The position numbers and the translations under genes were made by a program. From contig CALUJQ010000009.1 in the NCBI GenBank assembly GCA_944320995.1, forward strand, positions 13,392 to 77,391: DNA of 64,000 nucleotides, in the 5' to 3' direction. This document shows, piece by piece, positions 40,289 to 50,416 of the stretch; position 1 is the first letter of the stretch; each line of letters begins with the position of its first letter. Source of the stretch: an uncultured Barnesiella sp. GTDB taxonomy: Bacteria > Bacteroidota > Bacteroidia > Bacteroidales > Barnesiellaceae. The notes under the pieces are model-generated. The model saw only the letters and a program-made list of their open reading frames with translations, had not been told where the DNA came from and searched no databases.

Positions 40289-40362
40289 CGGTGCGGACGG
40301 GACTCGAACCCGCGACCCCATGCGTGACAGGCATGTATTCTAACCAGCTGAACTACCGCACC
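40289..40362 (-). tRNA. tRNA-Asp (GTC)
   Basis: Reverse complement GGTGCGGTAGTTCAGCTGGTTAGAATACATGCCTGTCACGCATGGGGTCGCGGGTTCGAGTCCCGTCCGCACCG; -7 box TATCTTTG at 40388-40381. Confidence 0.97.
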
Positions 40363-40510
40363 AGTTCCGTTTTGCGAGTGCAAAGATAGAATGCATTTTT
40401 CAATTGTGCAACTCTTCGCTTCAAAAAAGAGGAATATTTCTTCTTAAAAATTTGCCCTTCCACAGAGGTGGTGAAGGAACAATCTCATATTCAACACAAA
40501 GAGCCGTCAA

Positions 40511-41545
40511 CTACAACAAGTGAATATTATACCGGGCACACTCGGCAATCTGCTCCTCGGGCCAAATACTGGCCTGCACCTCGCCGATATGGGCCTTTTG
40601 CAAGAGAAACATCGAAAAACGCGACTGCCCTATTCCGCCTCCTATCGAGAGGGGCAATTCATCATTGAGCAATGCCCGGTGGAACGAGAGTTGTGCCCGT
40701 TCGGGGCAGCCACAAATGTCGAGTTGCCGCAACAAAGCCTCTTTGTCAACCCGGATTCCCATGGAGGAAAGTTCAAACGACGTTTCCAACACCGGATTCC
40801 AAAATATAATATCGCCGTTCAACCCTAAATAGCCATCGCTGTTGGGAGTGGTCCAGTCATCATAGTCGGGAGCGCGGCCGTCGTGGCGGGTACCGTCGCT
40901 CAACTGCTGACCAATCCCGATCAGGAACACGGCACCATACCGGCGGGAGACTGCGGCTTCCCGCTCTTTGGGCGACAACTGTGGATACTCCTGCAAAAGT
41001 TCCTCGGTGTGGATAAAGGTTATCTCGTCGGGCAGCGAAGGGGTAATATGCGGGAATTCTCTATAAATGAGGTTCTCACACTCTTTTATAACGGAATAAA
41101 TACTCCTCACCGTCTGTTTAAGATACTCCAAATTGCGATCTTCACGGGTAATGGTTTTCTCCCAGTCCCATTGGTCCACATAGAGCGAATGGAGGTTGTC
41201 CAACTCCTCATGGGTGCGTATGGCATTCATATCGGTGTAAAGCCCAAACCCCGGAGCAATGTCGTAGGCCCCCAATTTCACCCGTTTCCATTTGGCAAGC
41301 GAATGGACCACTTCGGCTGTCCGCCCACCCATGTCGGCGATAGGGAACGACACGGCCCGCTCGCTCCCGTTCAAATCGTCGTTCAATCCCGTGCCCGAGA
41401 GGACAAAGAGAGGTGCGGTCACCCGACGCAGATTGAGCGCTTTGGCAAGCCGCTCTTGAAAAGCATCTTTCAACATCTTTATGGCCATTTCGGTCGTTTC
41501 GGGCAACAACTTCAATTTATATCTTTGCGGAATAATCAATGACAT
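40511..41545 (-). CDS. asnA: Aspartate--ammonia ligase
   Basis: EVVHSLAKWKR, YVDQWDWE, HDGRAPDYDDW, ELSSMGIRV, SIGGGIGQSR. Confidence 0.97.
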   Translation of the reverse strand: MSLIIPQRYKLKLLPETTEMAIKMLKDAFQERLAKALNLRRVTAPLFVLSGTGLNDDLNGSERAVSFPIADMGGRTAEVVHSLAKWKRVKLGAYDIAPGFGLYTDMNAIRTHEELDNLHSLYVDQWDWEKTITREDRNLEYLKQTVRSIYSVIKECENLIYREFPHITPSLPDEITFIHTEELLQEYPQLSPKEREAAVSRRYGAVFLIGIGQQLSDGTRHDGRAPDYDDWTTPNSDGYLGLNGDIIFWNPVLETSFELSSMGIRVDKEALLRQLDICGCPERAQLSFHRALLNDELPLSIGGGIGQSRFSMFLLQKAHIGEVQASIWPEEQIAECARYNIHLL

Positions 41546-41844
41546 CTGGTTTGTTTTTTATCGATTACGTTATTCAATTAGCACAAAATATTTGCAAATA
41601 TATATCATTTTTCTAATAATAGAAATATTTTTATAACAAATTGTGCCACCAATCAAAAATACTATATCTTTTATCACAAAGAGAGGCAAATATCTTTAAT
41701 TTTCCCAAACCAAAAGGTAAAATAGATTGTTTCTAAAATATACACTTACAAAAATTATATACTTTTGTACGGCAAAGGGAAACGAACCGCGCATTGCTGT
41801 CCCTCCGGTTCTCTTTGTCAACGAAATACAAGACTCAACCCTAT

Positions 41845-42807
41845 ATGGATACGACACGACTTGGCGTTATGCCCGAGCCTATACTCCCCAAAGAGAGTCC
41901 ATGCGACCTCTCTTTCAAACCGATAACATTGGCATCGCTCCCCCAAATAGAGCCCTTTCTTTATCGCCAGACCTACCGCACTTGCGACTTTTCGGTCGGT
42001 GGCATTTACATGTGGATAGACTATTTCGGCTATGAATATTGTATTTGCCACGACACCCTTTTCATCAAAGGGAGTGAAGAAAACAACCTGCAAAACACCG
42101 CTTTTGCCGTACCGGTCGGGGGGGTAAAACTACCCGACGCTCTTCAGTTGTTGAAAAGATACTGTTCCCGGCATGGAATTCCCCTCATCTTATCGGCCGT
42201 ACCCGAACCGGCAGCTCTGGAAATCCAACAACTCTACGGCTGCCCCATTGTCGAGTTGCCCGACTGGGGCGACTACCTTTACCGTGCCACCGATTTGGCG
42301 ACACTGGTGGGCCACCGTTTCAACAAAAAGCGTAACCGGGTGAACAAATTCAAAAACACTTATCCCGACTTCCAATTCGAGCCTATCGAGCCGCACAATT
42401 TACCCGACGTAATCGCATTTTTCAAGACCTATATGCAGGAATACCAAAAAGAAAGTTTGCTTTTCACTTACGAAGAGAGCAAAGTTTTGCAAGTCCTGCA
42501 CGAATATGACAAGCTAAAATTCGAAGGAATCCTGTTGCGGGTATCGGGCAAGATCGTGGCTTTCTCGATTGGAGAGGTCATAGGCGACACGCTTATTGTC
42601 CATATCGAAAAAGCTAAAAAAGAGATTGTCGGAGCATACGAAACAATCAATATGCTCTATGCCCAATATATGACCCAAAGGTTCCCCGATGTAAAACTCA
42701 TCAACCGCGAGGACGACGCCGGGGATCCGGGTCTGCGCGAGGCCAAGCTCTCGTACAACCCCGAGACCATTCTGAAAAAATACAATATCGTTCTCGACAA
42801 CGCATAA
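41845..42807 (+). CDS. DUF2156 / phosphatidylglycerol-lysyltransferase-like domain protein
   Basis: DYLY..DLA.L.G.RF.KKRN.VN.F, HIEKA, INREDDAGDPGLREAKLSY; start uncertain (41845 or 41869). Confidence 0.87.
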   Translation: MDTTRLGVMPEPILPKESPCDLSFKPITLASLPQIEPFLYRQTYRTCDFSVGGIYMWIDYFGYEYCICHDTLFIKGSEENNLQNTAFAVPVGGVKLPDALQLLKRYCSRHGIPLILSAVPEPAALEIQQLYGCPIVELPDWGDYLYRATDLATLVGHRFNKKRNRVNKFKNTYPDFQFEPIEPHNLPDVIAFFKTYMQEYQKESLLFTYEESKVLQVLHEYDKLKFEGILLRVSGKIVAFSIGEVIGDTLIVHIEKAKKEIVGAYETINMLYAQYMTQRFPDVKLINREDDAGDPGLREAKLSYNPETILKKYNIVLDNA

Positions 42808-43288
42808 CGACAATCGTTTCATCTGTCACTACCGGCTCACGGCAGGGTACCGTTGTTGTTCTACGACAAATGCACGCTCCCGAATAGAGGATTGTAAGAA
42901 ATCACACATTCTCGGTTCGGGCTATTTTTATTATCTTCTTGTAAATAAGACAATAGTATTATACTTATTCTTTTAATATTGTATCCGTAACATGTATGCC
43001 AAATTTTTAAATCTATAGACTGATAAAAATAGTAAAGTTTAAAAGCTACAGCAGAAGGGAATCACTTCCCTATATAATAAATCTTTGTTTTCCATATGGC
43101 TGTTGTTCTGTTCTATATTACTACTGTTCTTAACGGGTGAGGCAAGCATATTTCTCTCAAAATCAATTTTGGGGGCACCTTGCTTCAAATCATATTTTAT
43201 AGCATCTTCGCACACAAATAAATTATCAATAATATTATCATTGGCATACTGTTCAAATTATACGAAGAAATTAAGTCGCTTTACTCTT

Positions 43289-44896
43289 TTACTTTATCAT
43301 CTCTTCTTTGAGATCGTTAGATACAAGAATATCTTTCTTCAATTGATCCGATTCTATATTCAGTTTCCCCAATTCAACGACACCAACATTAAACTTATTC
43401 TCAAAAAAGTTATTCAGTAATGCAATAGCTATTTTTTCATTTTGTGAATTTTTGATATAATAATATACCTTCTTAATATATTTAATTTCTCCAACTGTCA
43501 GCAACGACAGATCTGCCACTTTCCCTTTATTCAAATCATTAGGCTCGAATTTTACAAGTCCATTACCATACTGACGTGAATTATCCAAGAAAATTTCTTT
43601 CGCTACGTCTGTTATAAGATAGGCAAACAACACATCTGTATCGATTCCTTGTTTAGGATAAACACCATGAAAGGTAGTAAGGTTACAAATATTTGCTTCA
43701 TTTCGGACAAAGCGCAATCCTTTTCTATTAAATACGGACACCCAAATTGGTGCAGGTGGTCTATTTTCAATTGAATACCATGGTGTACGACTGGCTGTTA
43801 AGTAACGTTTATTAATCCCCATCTGTTCCCCAAGTTTAATATATCTATTGATACTTGAATGGTAATTATTTACACACCCATTAAACAAATAAACAGTTTT
43901 ATTTCTGTCAGCAAGACGTTCAAAATCATTCAATGTAAAGAATGTTTTTGGAGCATCTATTGCTTTACATATACAAGGTATTAAACAGTCTTTAGGAATA
44001 TTGAAATCATCTATTTTAGATTGCTTAAACGTAAAATAATCGTTTGCCCCTGTTGCAATACCTCGTGACACTCGGGCAAAATTAGAAAAAGGGACTAAAT
44101 GATGATATTTAATACTATTACCTTTTTCATAATACGTTTTCCACTTTATATCAACATCAAGTTCTTTAATACTGTATTCCTTATATTCCTCCAAACATTC
44201 ATTTAACTTCTTTATATCTGTTAGAGTTGAAAAACGGACTGTGTCGGATTTTGCATTTTCGCAAAGAAGAATACACGCAGTAGTCAAAGCATCATCAAAA
44301 GCACATTTTGTAAAATCCACAACTACTATATGCTTTAATGTTTTACTTTTTATTAGTGCTCTTTTTACTTCCACACCATAATCTGAGTTTAGAAATTCAG
44401 AAGGTATTATGTACGCCAAACGACCTCCTTCCTGCAACTGAGCAATTGATTTCAGCAAAAAAAGTGTATAAAGGTTTGTAAACCCATTTAGCTTTGTTCC
44501 AAGATGTTCATTTACATCAGGGACATAAGTAACATTATCATAATCATGAAACTTCAAGTATGGAGGATTACACACTATAACATCATATTTTGACTCCCAT
44601 CCGCTTTTAAAATAATCTTTGTTCCAAAGAGTCACCCCATTTGGTCGTTCAGATGCCGCAATTGAAAATATTTTACTATCTATTTCATACGCATCAATAG
44701 GTAATGCCGTTAATTGAGAAAGAATTCGAGAAAAGACACCTAAACCGTATGCAGGTTCAAGGGCCTTAGTTTTATGTTTACCCTGTATGACCCATTTACA
44801 CATAAACATAGCAATGCTTTCAGGAGTGAAAAATTGCGCATACTTCTTACGATGTTCAAACGAAACGGTAGCTACATATTTTTGTTCGGATGTCAT
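43289..44896 (-). CDS. N6-adenine DNA methyltransferase (M.AccI-like, type II)
   Basis: QFFTP, LEPAYGLG (motif I), CNPPY (motif IV), YIIPSEFL..YG, YGNGLVKFEPNDL; low GC. Confidence 0.92.
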   Translation of the reverse strand: MTSEQKYVATVSFEHRKKYAQFFTPESIAMFMCKWVIQGKHKTKALEPAYGLGVFSRILSQLTALPIDAYEIDSKIFSIAASERPNGVTLWNKDYFKSGWESKYDVIVCNPPYLKFHDYDNVTYVPDVNEHLGTKLNGFTNLYTLFLLKSIAQLQEGGRLAYIIPSEFLNSDYGVEVKRALIKSKTLKHIVVVDFTKCAFDDALTTACILLCENAKSDTVRFSTLTDIKKLNECLEEYKEYSIKELDVDIKWKTYYEKGNSIKYHHLVPFSNFARVSRGIATGANDYFTFKQSKIDDFNIPKDCLIPCICKAIDAPKTFFTLNDFERLADRNKTVYLFNGCVNNYHSSINRYIKLGEQMGINKRYLTASRTPWYSIENRPPAPIWVSVFNRKGLRFVRNEANICNLTTFHGVYPKQGIDTDVLFAYLITDVAKEIFLDNSRQYGNGLVKFEPNDLNKGKVADLSLLTVGEIKYIKKVYYYIKNSQNEKIAIALLNNFFENKFNVGVVELGKLNIESDQLKKDILVSNDLKEEMIK

Positions 44897-44899
44897 CAC

Positions 44900-45991
44900 T
44901 CAGAGTTTTATTCCAAAAAGCGATTCAAAGTTTTCTGCATCAAGATAAACTTCACCGCCATCAAATTTAACATAAAAAAGTAAGCGTCCCTTATTGAGTT
45001 CTTTTCTTACACTATGGTGTTCTGGTTCTGTAACTGTTTCGGCAAGGCAAACGCCATCTTGTGATGGTATCTTTATTGTTGTCTTGTTCTGATTCTTTGC
45101 ATCTTGCTCAATAAAATACTTATTATCTTCCAACTCTGGATTAGATATAAGTTCAAGTATATGCTTAAATGATACGCCATAAACTTTATCAAAAAAAACC
45201 TGTACATAAAAATGGGGTACATTGAAGTTCTTTATCCACTTATGTACCACTTTCAAATCTTCCACCTTAGGCGTAATAGAAAGAGAATTCCGTTTCTGGA
45301 TAGCCTTCAAACATTTCTTGATCTCCGAAAGCTTTAATGAAAGGGTTTGAAGACGCTGTGAAGATCTCCATGTGGCAGCACGAAAATCTATAGTCCTTAC
45401 GGAAATCTCATTAAGTTGTTGGAGTATAGGTATAAGTTCTGACCGTTTTTGGCTCAAAAGATCAATATAATTTTCTAAAATATCATCTCTAAGTTTAATA
45501 GCTCTTTCTGTGTTTTCACGCACTATTCTATTAGTTTCATCTGTATATTTATTAATTAAAAAAGCACTTGAACGGACCTCGATACCAGCGACAGCTTTTG
45601 TTACATACATTCCAATTTCATTACTCGGTTTAGAACTAATATCATAACCAAGTGTTTCATCGAAATCCTCCCTCTTGAATAACAAAATATCAGGACGTTT
45701 GCCAATTGTATCCAACTCAGCTTGATAATCATTGAAAAATTTCTCAAACCCAATATCACCAGCAACGAGATCATCTGACTTACCATACCTCACAGCAACT
45801 ATGTTTTGAGAATTGTCATTGATAGCTCTAAATATTACCTCCTCTGCCCAATCCCCTTGCTGTTTATTGGTTATAAATTCCGAGGATGCTTGTGTCGGCA
45901 TCGATGCCTCGCTACGCGGTTCTGAAAAATCAATCAGTCCAGTGTGAATCTTATTACAAATTTTATTGATAATCTCTTTATATACCGCCAT
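44900..45991 (-). CDS. AccI-family type II restriction endonuclease
   Basis: 363 aa directly upstream of the MTase; SSEFITNKQQGDWAE, KRPDILL, GIEVRSS, SITPKVED, YVQVFFD, KNQNKTT. Size and motifs recall R.AccI (from memory). Confidence 0.8.
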   Translation of the reverse strand: MAVYKEIINKICNKIHTGLIDFSEPRSEASMPTQASSEFITNKQQGDWAEEVIFRAINDNSQNIVAVRYGKSDDLVAGDIGFEKFFNDYQAELDTIGKRPDILLFKREDFDETLGYDISSKPSNEIGMYVTKAVAGIEVRSSAFLINKYTDETNRIVRENTERAIKLRDDILENYIDLLSQKRSELIPILQQLNEISVRTIDFRAATWRSSQRLQTLSLKLSEIKKCLKAIQKRNSLSITPKVEDLKVVHKWIKNFNVPHFYVQVFFDKVYGVSFKHILELISNPELEDNKYFIEQDAKNQNKTTIKIPSQDGVCLAETVTEPEHHSVRKELNKGRLLFYVKFDGGEVYLDAENFESLFGIKL

Positions 45992-46509
45992 AATATGATT
46001 TAAAAATATTTATCTATCTTTTACTGAAATAAATTACACTATATTCCTTTCTTCCAAGGATAGATTTTTATACTAAACAAATATAGTTGTTTTCTTGGAG
46101 ATATGATAATTTTTGTACAATATATTTCATCTGTGCATCATGGTTGAAACTCTTTATAAACGTAGAATAAATCTCATTTCCCATTGTTGATGGCAGATAT
46201 ATGATATACTACAAAATGGATCATATAAGACAGACATTGGTGAAATATCTCTGTACAAAAACAGCCCGAAGTCAATATTAAATATAGGAGATTATTCTCT
46301 CAAAGCAGTGTCATTCCTTATTATAACGAATTATAATAAAAGCTTTATCATTTCTTGTTTTTTAGATTTCTCTTCGTAGCTCTACAATATCTCGATAAAC
46401 ATCAAATCACTAATAAACAACATTCTTTCCCTACTCTATTGGGTATCTCTTCCATTTCTTTGTTGTATCTTTGTAAATAAACCAAATGAATCCATAAAAC
46501 GACAAATAT

Positions 46510-49053
46510 ATGAAAAGACTGTTAGGGCCGATTCTTGCCGTCGCACTTATCGCAGGAGCGACGCCCGAAGCCTGCTACGCCAAGAAAAAAAGCAAAAAAG
46601 AGGATAAGAAAGAGCAAGTAAAGGATACGACTGCCAAAGAGTCGAAATACGAAAAACTCATCAAAGGAGCCTCTACCCAAAAAGGCTTGTTCACCCTGCA
46701 TATCACAACCGACAACGACCTGTTGGTCGAGGTGCCCGATTCGCTGATGGACCGCACCTTCCTGCTCTCGAGCCGGGTAGCCGCCACCACCGACCCCAAA
46801 CTGTTCGTGGCCGGCGAGATGACGACTACCCCGTTTATGATACGGTTCAGCAAAAACGGGCAGTCGCTCTTCATGCACCTTGTACAACACCGAAACATTA
46901 TCGATGAAAACGATCCCATAGCCGCTTCGTTCGACAAGAATTTCGGCGACCCCATTATCAAAGCCTTCAAAATTTCGGCCACAAACGGGAAAAATGTAGT
47001 TGTCGATATGAGCGATTTCTTCAAAGGAAATGAAAAAATCATCAGCCCCATACCCGATTTCCCGGCCGGAAGCAGCAATAAGCCGAAAGTCGGCACATAC
47101 ACATCGGCCAACTCTTATATTCTTGAAGCCAAAAGTTTTCCGCAAAACAGCGAGATTCGTTCGATACTGAGTTTTACCGGCGACAACAACTGCACCGTGA
47201 CCATGCATCGTTCGTTGGTACTTCTTCCCGAGCAACCCATGCGTCCCCGCATCTACGACCGCCGGGTGGGATTCTTTTCGAGTACCAAGAACATCTATAC
47301 GAGCGACAAAGACCAGATAGACCGCACACAGTACATACACCGTTGGCGACTCGAACCGAAAGAGGAAGACCGCGAAGCCTATTTCAAAGGCGAGTTGGTA
47401 GAGCCGGCCAAACCGATCGTCTTCTATGTAGATAGTGCATTCCCCGATAAATGGAGAGACATCGTAAAACAAGGTGTGGAGGACTGGAATACCGCTTTCG
47501 AAGCCGCCGGATTCAAAAACGCCGTTATTGCCCTCGACTATCCTAAGGACGACCCCGATTTCGACCCCGACGATATGCGGTACAGTTGTGTGAAATATGC
47601 AGTCACCGATATTGCCAACGCCATGGGGCCAAGCTATGTCGATCCCCGAAGCGGCGAGATACTGAATGCCGATGTCATTTGGTATCACAATGTCATTTCG
47701 CTGGTTCACAGTTGGCGATTCGCCCAGACGGGAGCCGTCGATCCCCGGGTAAGGAAAGAGACTTTCGACAACGATGTCATGCGGGAATCCTTGCGTTACG
47801 TCGCCTCGCACGAGATAGGCCACACGTTGGGACTCATGCACAACATGGGAGCCAGCTACGCCTTCCCTGTCGATTCGCTTCGCAGCCCGTCATTCACGCA
47901 GAAATACGGAACCACCCCCAGCATCATGGATTACGCCCGTAACAACTTCATCGCACAACCCGGCGATTACGAGCGAGGGGTACGCCTCACACCTCCCATA
48001 CTCGGCGTTTACGACATCTATGCCATCAACTGGGGCTACCGACTTATCCCCGACATCGACAATCCCGAGGACGAAATTCCTACACTCGACCGTTGGATTG
48101 CCGAAAAGAAAAACGACCCCATGTACACCTTCGGGGCTCAACAATATCCGGCGACTTTCGACCCTACCGACCAAACCGAGGACTTGGGCAACGACCACTT
48201 CCGTGCCGGCGAACTGGCCATATCGAACTTGAAAATCATCATGCAGAACTTCGAGTCTTGGCTGTTTGACGAAGGAAAAGATTTTACCACCATACAGACC
48301 CAATACGCAGCCATCGTACAACAATACAACCGACATTTACGCCACGTAGTCCCCTATGTCGGAGGGGTGCTCTACAAAGAGGTAAGACAGGGTGAGGACG
48401 AATTGCCCTATACCTATCTCGACAAGGCCACCCAGAAAAAAGCGCTCCGCTGGATCATGAACCAAGCCCGCACCTATCGCGACTGGCTCATGCCCGCCGC
48501 ACTCATGCAACGCATCAACGCGCCGACCGATTACTCCGCCTATATTCACCAATATATCCCCTCCTACCTGCTGAATCCTACCATACTGTTCCGCATCAAG
48601 GAGAGCAGTCATATCGACCCGGCAAACAATTACACGCTCGACAGTTACCTCAACGACCTCATCGGTGAGATCTTCAAGGCCACTTATCGGAATCAAAAAC
48701 TGAACGACGTAGAACGAGACCTGCAAAATGCCGCCATTGCCCAGTTCATGCGCTACTCATCATTACAGCCAAAAGGGACGAGCCGTTCCGGTCTCTTCAC
48801 CGACGAGGTATCGGTCGATATACCCTTCCCATGCAGCCACGACCTGTGCCGCCGCCACAACGGGGAACAATCGTTCACCCGAATTATCCGAGGCCCGGCC
48901 TTGACCACCAGCGACATGGCCCCCTACATGACCGGAGCGCTCAAAAAGGTCCTCGCTTTGTACAAACAAAAAAGAACGACAACAACCGACAGCGCCACCC
49001 GCGACTTCTACGACCACCAAATTATCACGATAGAGAAACTTTTTAATCATTAA
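46510..49053 (+). CDS. Secreted zinc-dependent metalloprotease (EcxA/DUF5117-type Met-zincin)
   Basis: Signal peptide; HEIGHTLGLMHN zinc motif; TPSIMDY Met-turn; GPSYVDPRSGEI. Confidence 0.92.
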   Translation: MKRLLGPILAVALIAGATPEACYAKKKSKKEDKKEQVKDTTAKESKYEKLIKGASTQKGLFTLHITTDNDLLVEVPDSLMDRTFLLSSRVAATTDPKLFVAGEMTTTPFMIRFSKNGQSLFMHLVQHRNIIDENDPIAASFDKNFGDPIIKAFKISATNGKNVVVDMSDFFKGNEKIISPIPDFPAGSSNKPKVGTYTSANSYILEAKSFPQNSEIRSILSFTGDNNCTVTMHRSLVLLPEQPMRPRIYDRRVGFFSSTKNIYTSDKDQIDRTQYIHRWRLEPKEEDREAYFKGELVEPAKPIVFYVDSAFPDKWRDIVKQGVEDWNTAFEAAGFKNAVIALDYPKDDPDFDPDDMRYSCVKYAVTDIANAMGPSYVDPRSGEILNADVIWYHNVISLVHSWRFAQTGAVDPRVRKETFDNDVMRESLRYVASHEIGHTLGLMHNMGASYAFPVDSLRSPSFTQKYGTTPSIMDYARNNFIAQPGDYERGVRLTPPILGVYDIYAINWGYRLIPDIDNPEDEIPTLDRWIAEKKNDPMYTFGAQQYPATFDPTDQTEDLGNDHFRAGELAISNLKIIMQNFESWLFDEGKDFTTIQTQYAAIVQQYNRHLRHVVPYVGGVLYKEVRQGEDELPYTYLDKATQKKALRWIMNQARTYRDWLMPAALMQRINAPTDYSAYIHQYIPSYLLNPTILFRIKESSHIDPANNYTLDSYLNDLIGEIFKATYRNQKLNDVERDLQNAAIAQFMRYSSLQPKGTSRSGLFTDEVSVDIPFPCSHDLCRRHNGEQSFTRIIRGPALTTSDMAPYMTGALKKVLALYKQKRTTTTDSATRDFYDHQIITIEKLFNH

Positions 49054-49123
49054 TATTTATCCGGGCAAACAAAGACGTGAGAAAAAGCATTATTTTTGAA
49101 GCACGTTTTTTGCCACATATAGC

Positions 49124-50353
49124 ATGAAAGAATTTATCCTCACACAAGAAGAGACCGAACGCACCGTTTTAGTGGGATTGATTACCAATACCCAAAACGA
49201 GGCAAAAGCCAATGAATATCTCGACGAACTGGCCTTCTTGGCCGAAACGGCCGGAGCCCTGCCCGTGAAAAAATTCCTGCAACGGCTCGACACGCCCAAC
49301 TCCCGCACATTCGTCGGGACGGGAAAACTGGTCGAGATAAAAACCTATATCGATGAGAACGAAATCGGCATGGTCATCTTCGACGACGACCTTTCGTCGA
49401 AACAGGTACAAAATATCGAACGTGAACTACAAGTAAAAATACTCGACCGCACCAGTCTCATCCTCGACATCTTTGCCAAGCGGGCTCAAACCGCCAACGC
49501 CAAACGTCAGGTTGAGTTGGCCCAATATCAATACCTGTTACCCCGCCTTACCCGTTTGTGGACCCACCTCGAACGGCAGCGGGGCGGTATCGGTATGCGC
49601 GGCCCCGGTGAAACGCAAATAGAAACCGACCGACGGATTATCCTCGACAAAATCTCACACCTGAAAGAGGAGTTGAAAAGCATCGATCGGCAAAAGAGCA
49701 TACAACGCAAAAACCGGGGAAAACTGGTACGCGTAGCCTTGGTAGGATATACCAACGTGGGAAAATCGACGCTCATGAACCTGCTGGCCAAAAGCGAAGT
49801 GTTTGCCGAAAACAAACTATTCGCCACGCTCGACACCACCGTGCGCAAAGTCATTGTCGATAACTTGCCGTTCCTCCTCTCCGACACAGTCGGCTTTATC
49901 CGAAAACTACCCACCCATCTGGTCGATTCGTTCAAATCGACCCTCGACGAGGTGCGCGAAGCCGACTTGCTGATCCATATCGTCGATATTTCACACCCCG
50001 CCTTCGAGGAACAAATCGAAGTGGTGAACAAAACCCTGCAAGAAGTATGCGAATCGGCCGACAAACCCATGATATTGGTATTCAACAAAATCGACGCTTT
50101 TTCATACGTCAAGAAAGCCGACGACGACCTCACCCCGAAAACCCGGGAAAATATCTCTCTCGACGAACTGAAAGAGACTTGGATGGGAAAAATGCACGAC
50201 AACTGCATCTTTATCTCGGCTCGGGAGAAGGAGAATATCGAGGAACTGAAAGCATTGCTTTACCAGCGTGTCAAAGAGATACATACAACCCGATTCCCCT
50301 ACAACGACTTCTTATTTCAACACTACGACGAGATAAACGAAGACGGGGATTAA
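49124..50353 (+). CDS. hflX: GTPase HflX
   Basis: GMRGPGETQIETDRR, VGYTNVGKST, FATLDTT, DTVGFI, NKID. Confidence 0.97.
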   Translation: MKEFILTQEETERTVLVGLITNTQNEAKANEYLDELAFLAETAGALPVKKFLQRLDTPNSRTFVGTGKLVEIKTYIDENEIGMVIFDDDLSSKQVQNIERELQVKILDRTSLILDIFAKRAQTANAKRQVELAQYQYLLPRLTRLWTHLERQRGGIGMRGPGETQIETDRRIILDKISHLKEELKSIDRQKSIQRKNRGKLVRVALVGYTNVGKSTLMNLLAKSEVFAENKLFATLDTTVRKVIVDNLPFLLSDTVGFIRKLPTHLVDSFKSTLDEVREADLLIHIVDISHPAFEEQIEVVNKTLQEVCESADKPMILVFNKIDAFSYVKKADDDLTPKTRENISLDELKETWMGKMHDNCIFISAREKENIEELKALLYQRVKEIHTTRFPYNDFLFQHYDEINEDGD

Positions 50354-50416
50354 TTAATTAATTAATCATTCATTCATATATAACCGGCTATCCACCGAAA
50401 TTTTTTACACTTATCT

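Noticed and set aside
40100-40290. tRNA-Asp 3' end as the attachment site of an island carrying rha and hydrogenase genes
   Set aside because: No integrase, no duplicated tRNA 3' fragment found, and the block's composition resembles the host.
43039-43257. 72-codon open frame just downstream of the MTase (FEQYANDNIIDNLFVCEDAIKY...)
   Set aside because: No good start near its 5' end and no recognisable motif. It might be a frameshifted MTase tail, but that needs alignment to homologues.
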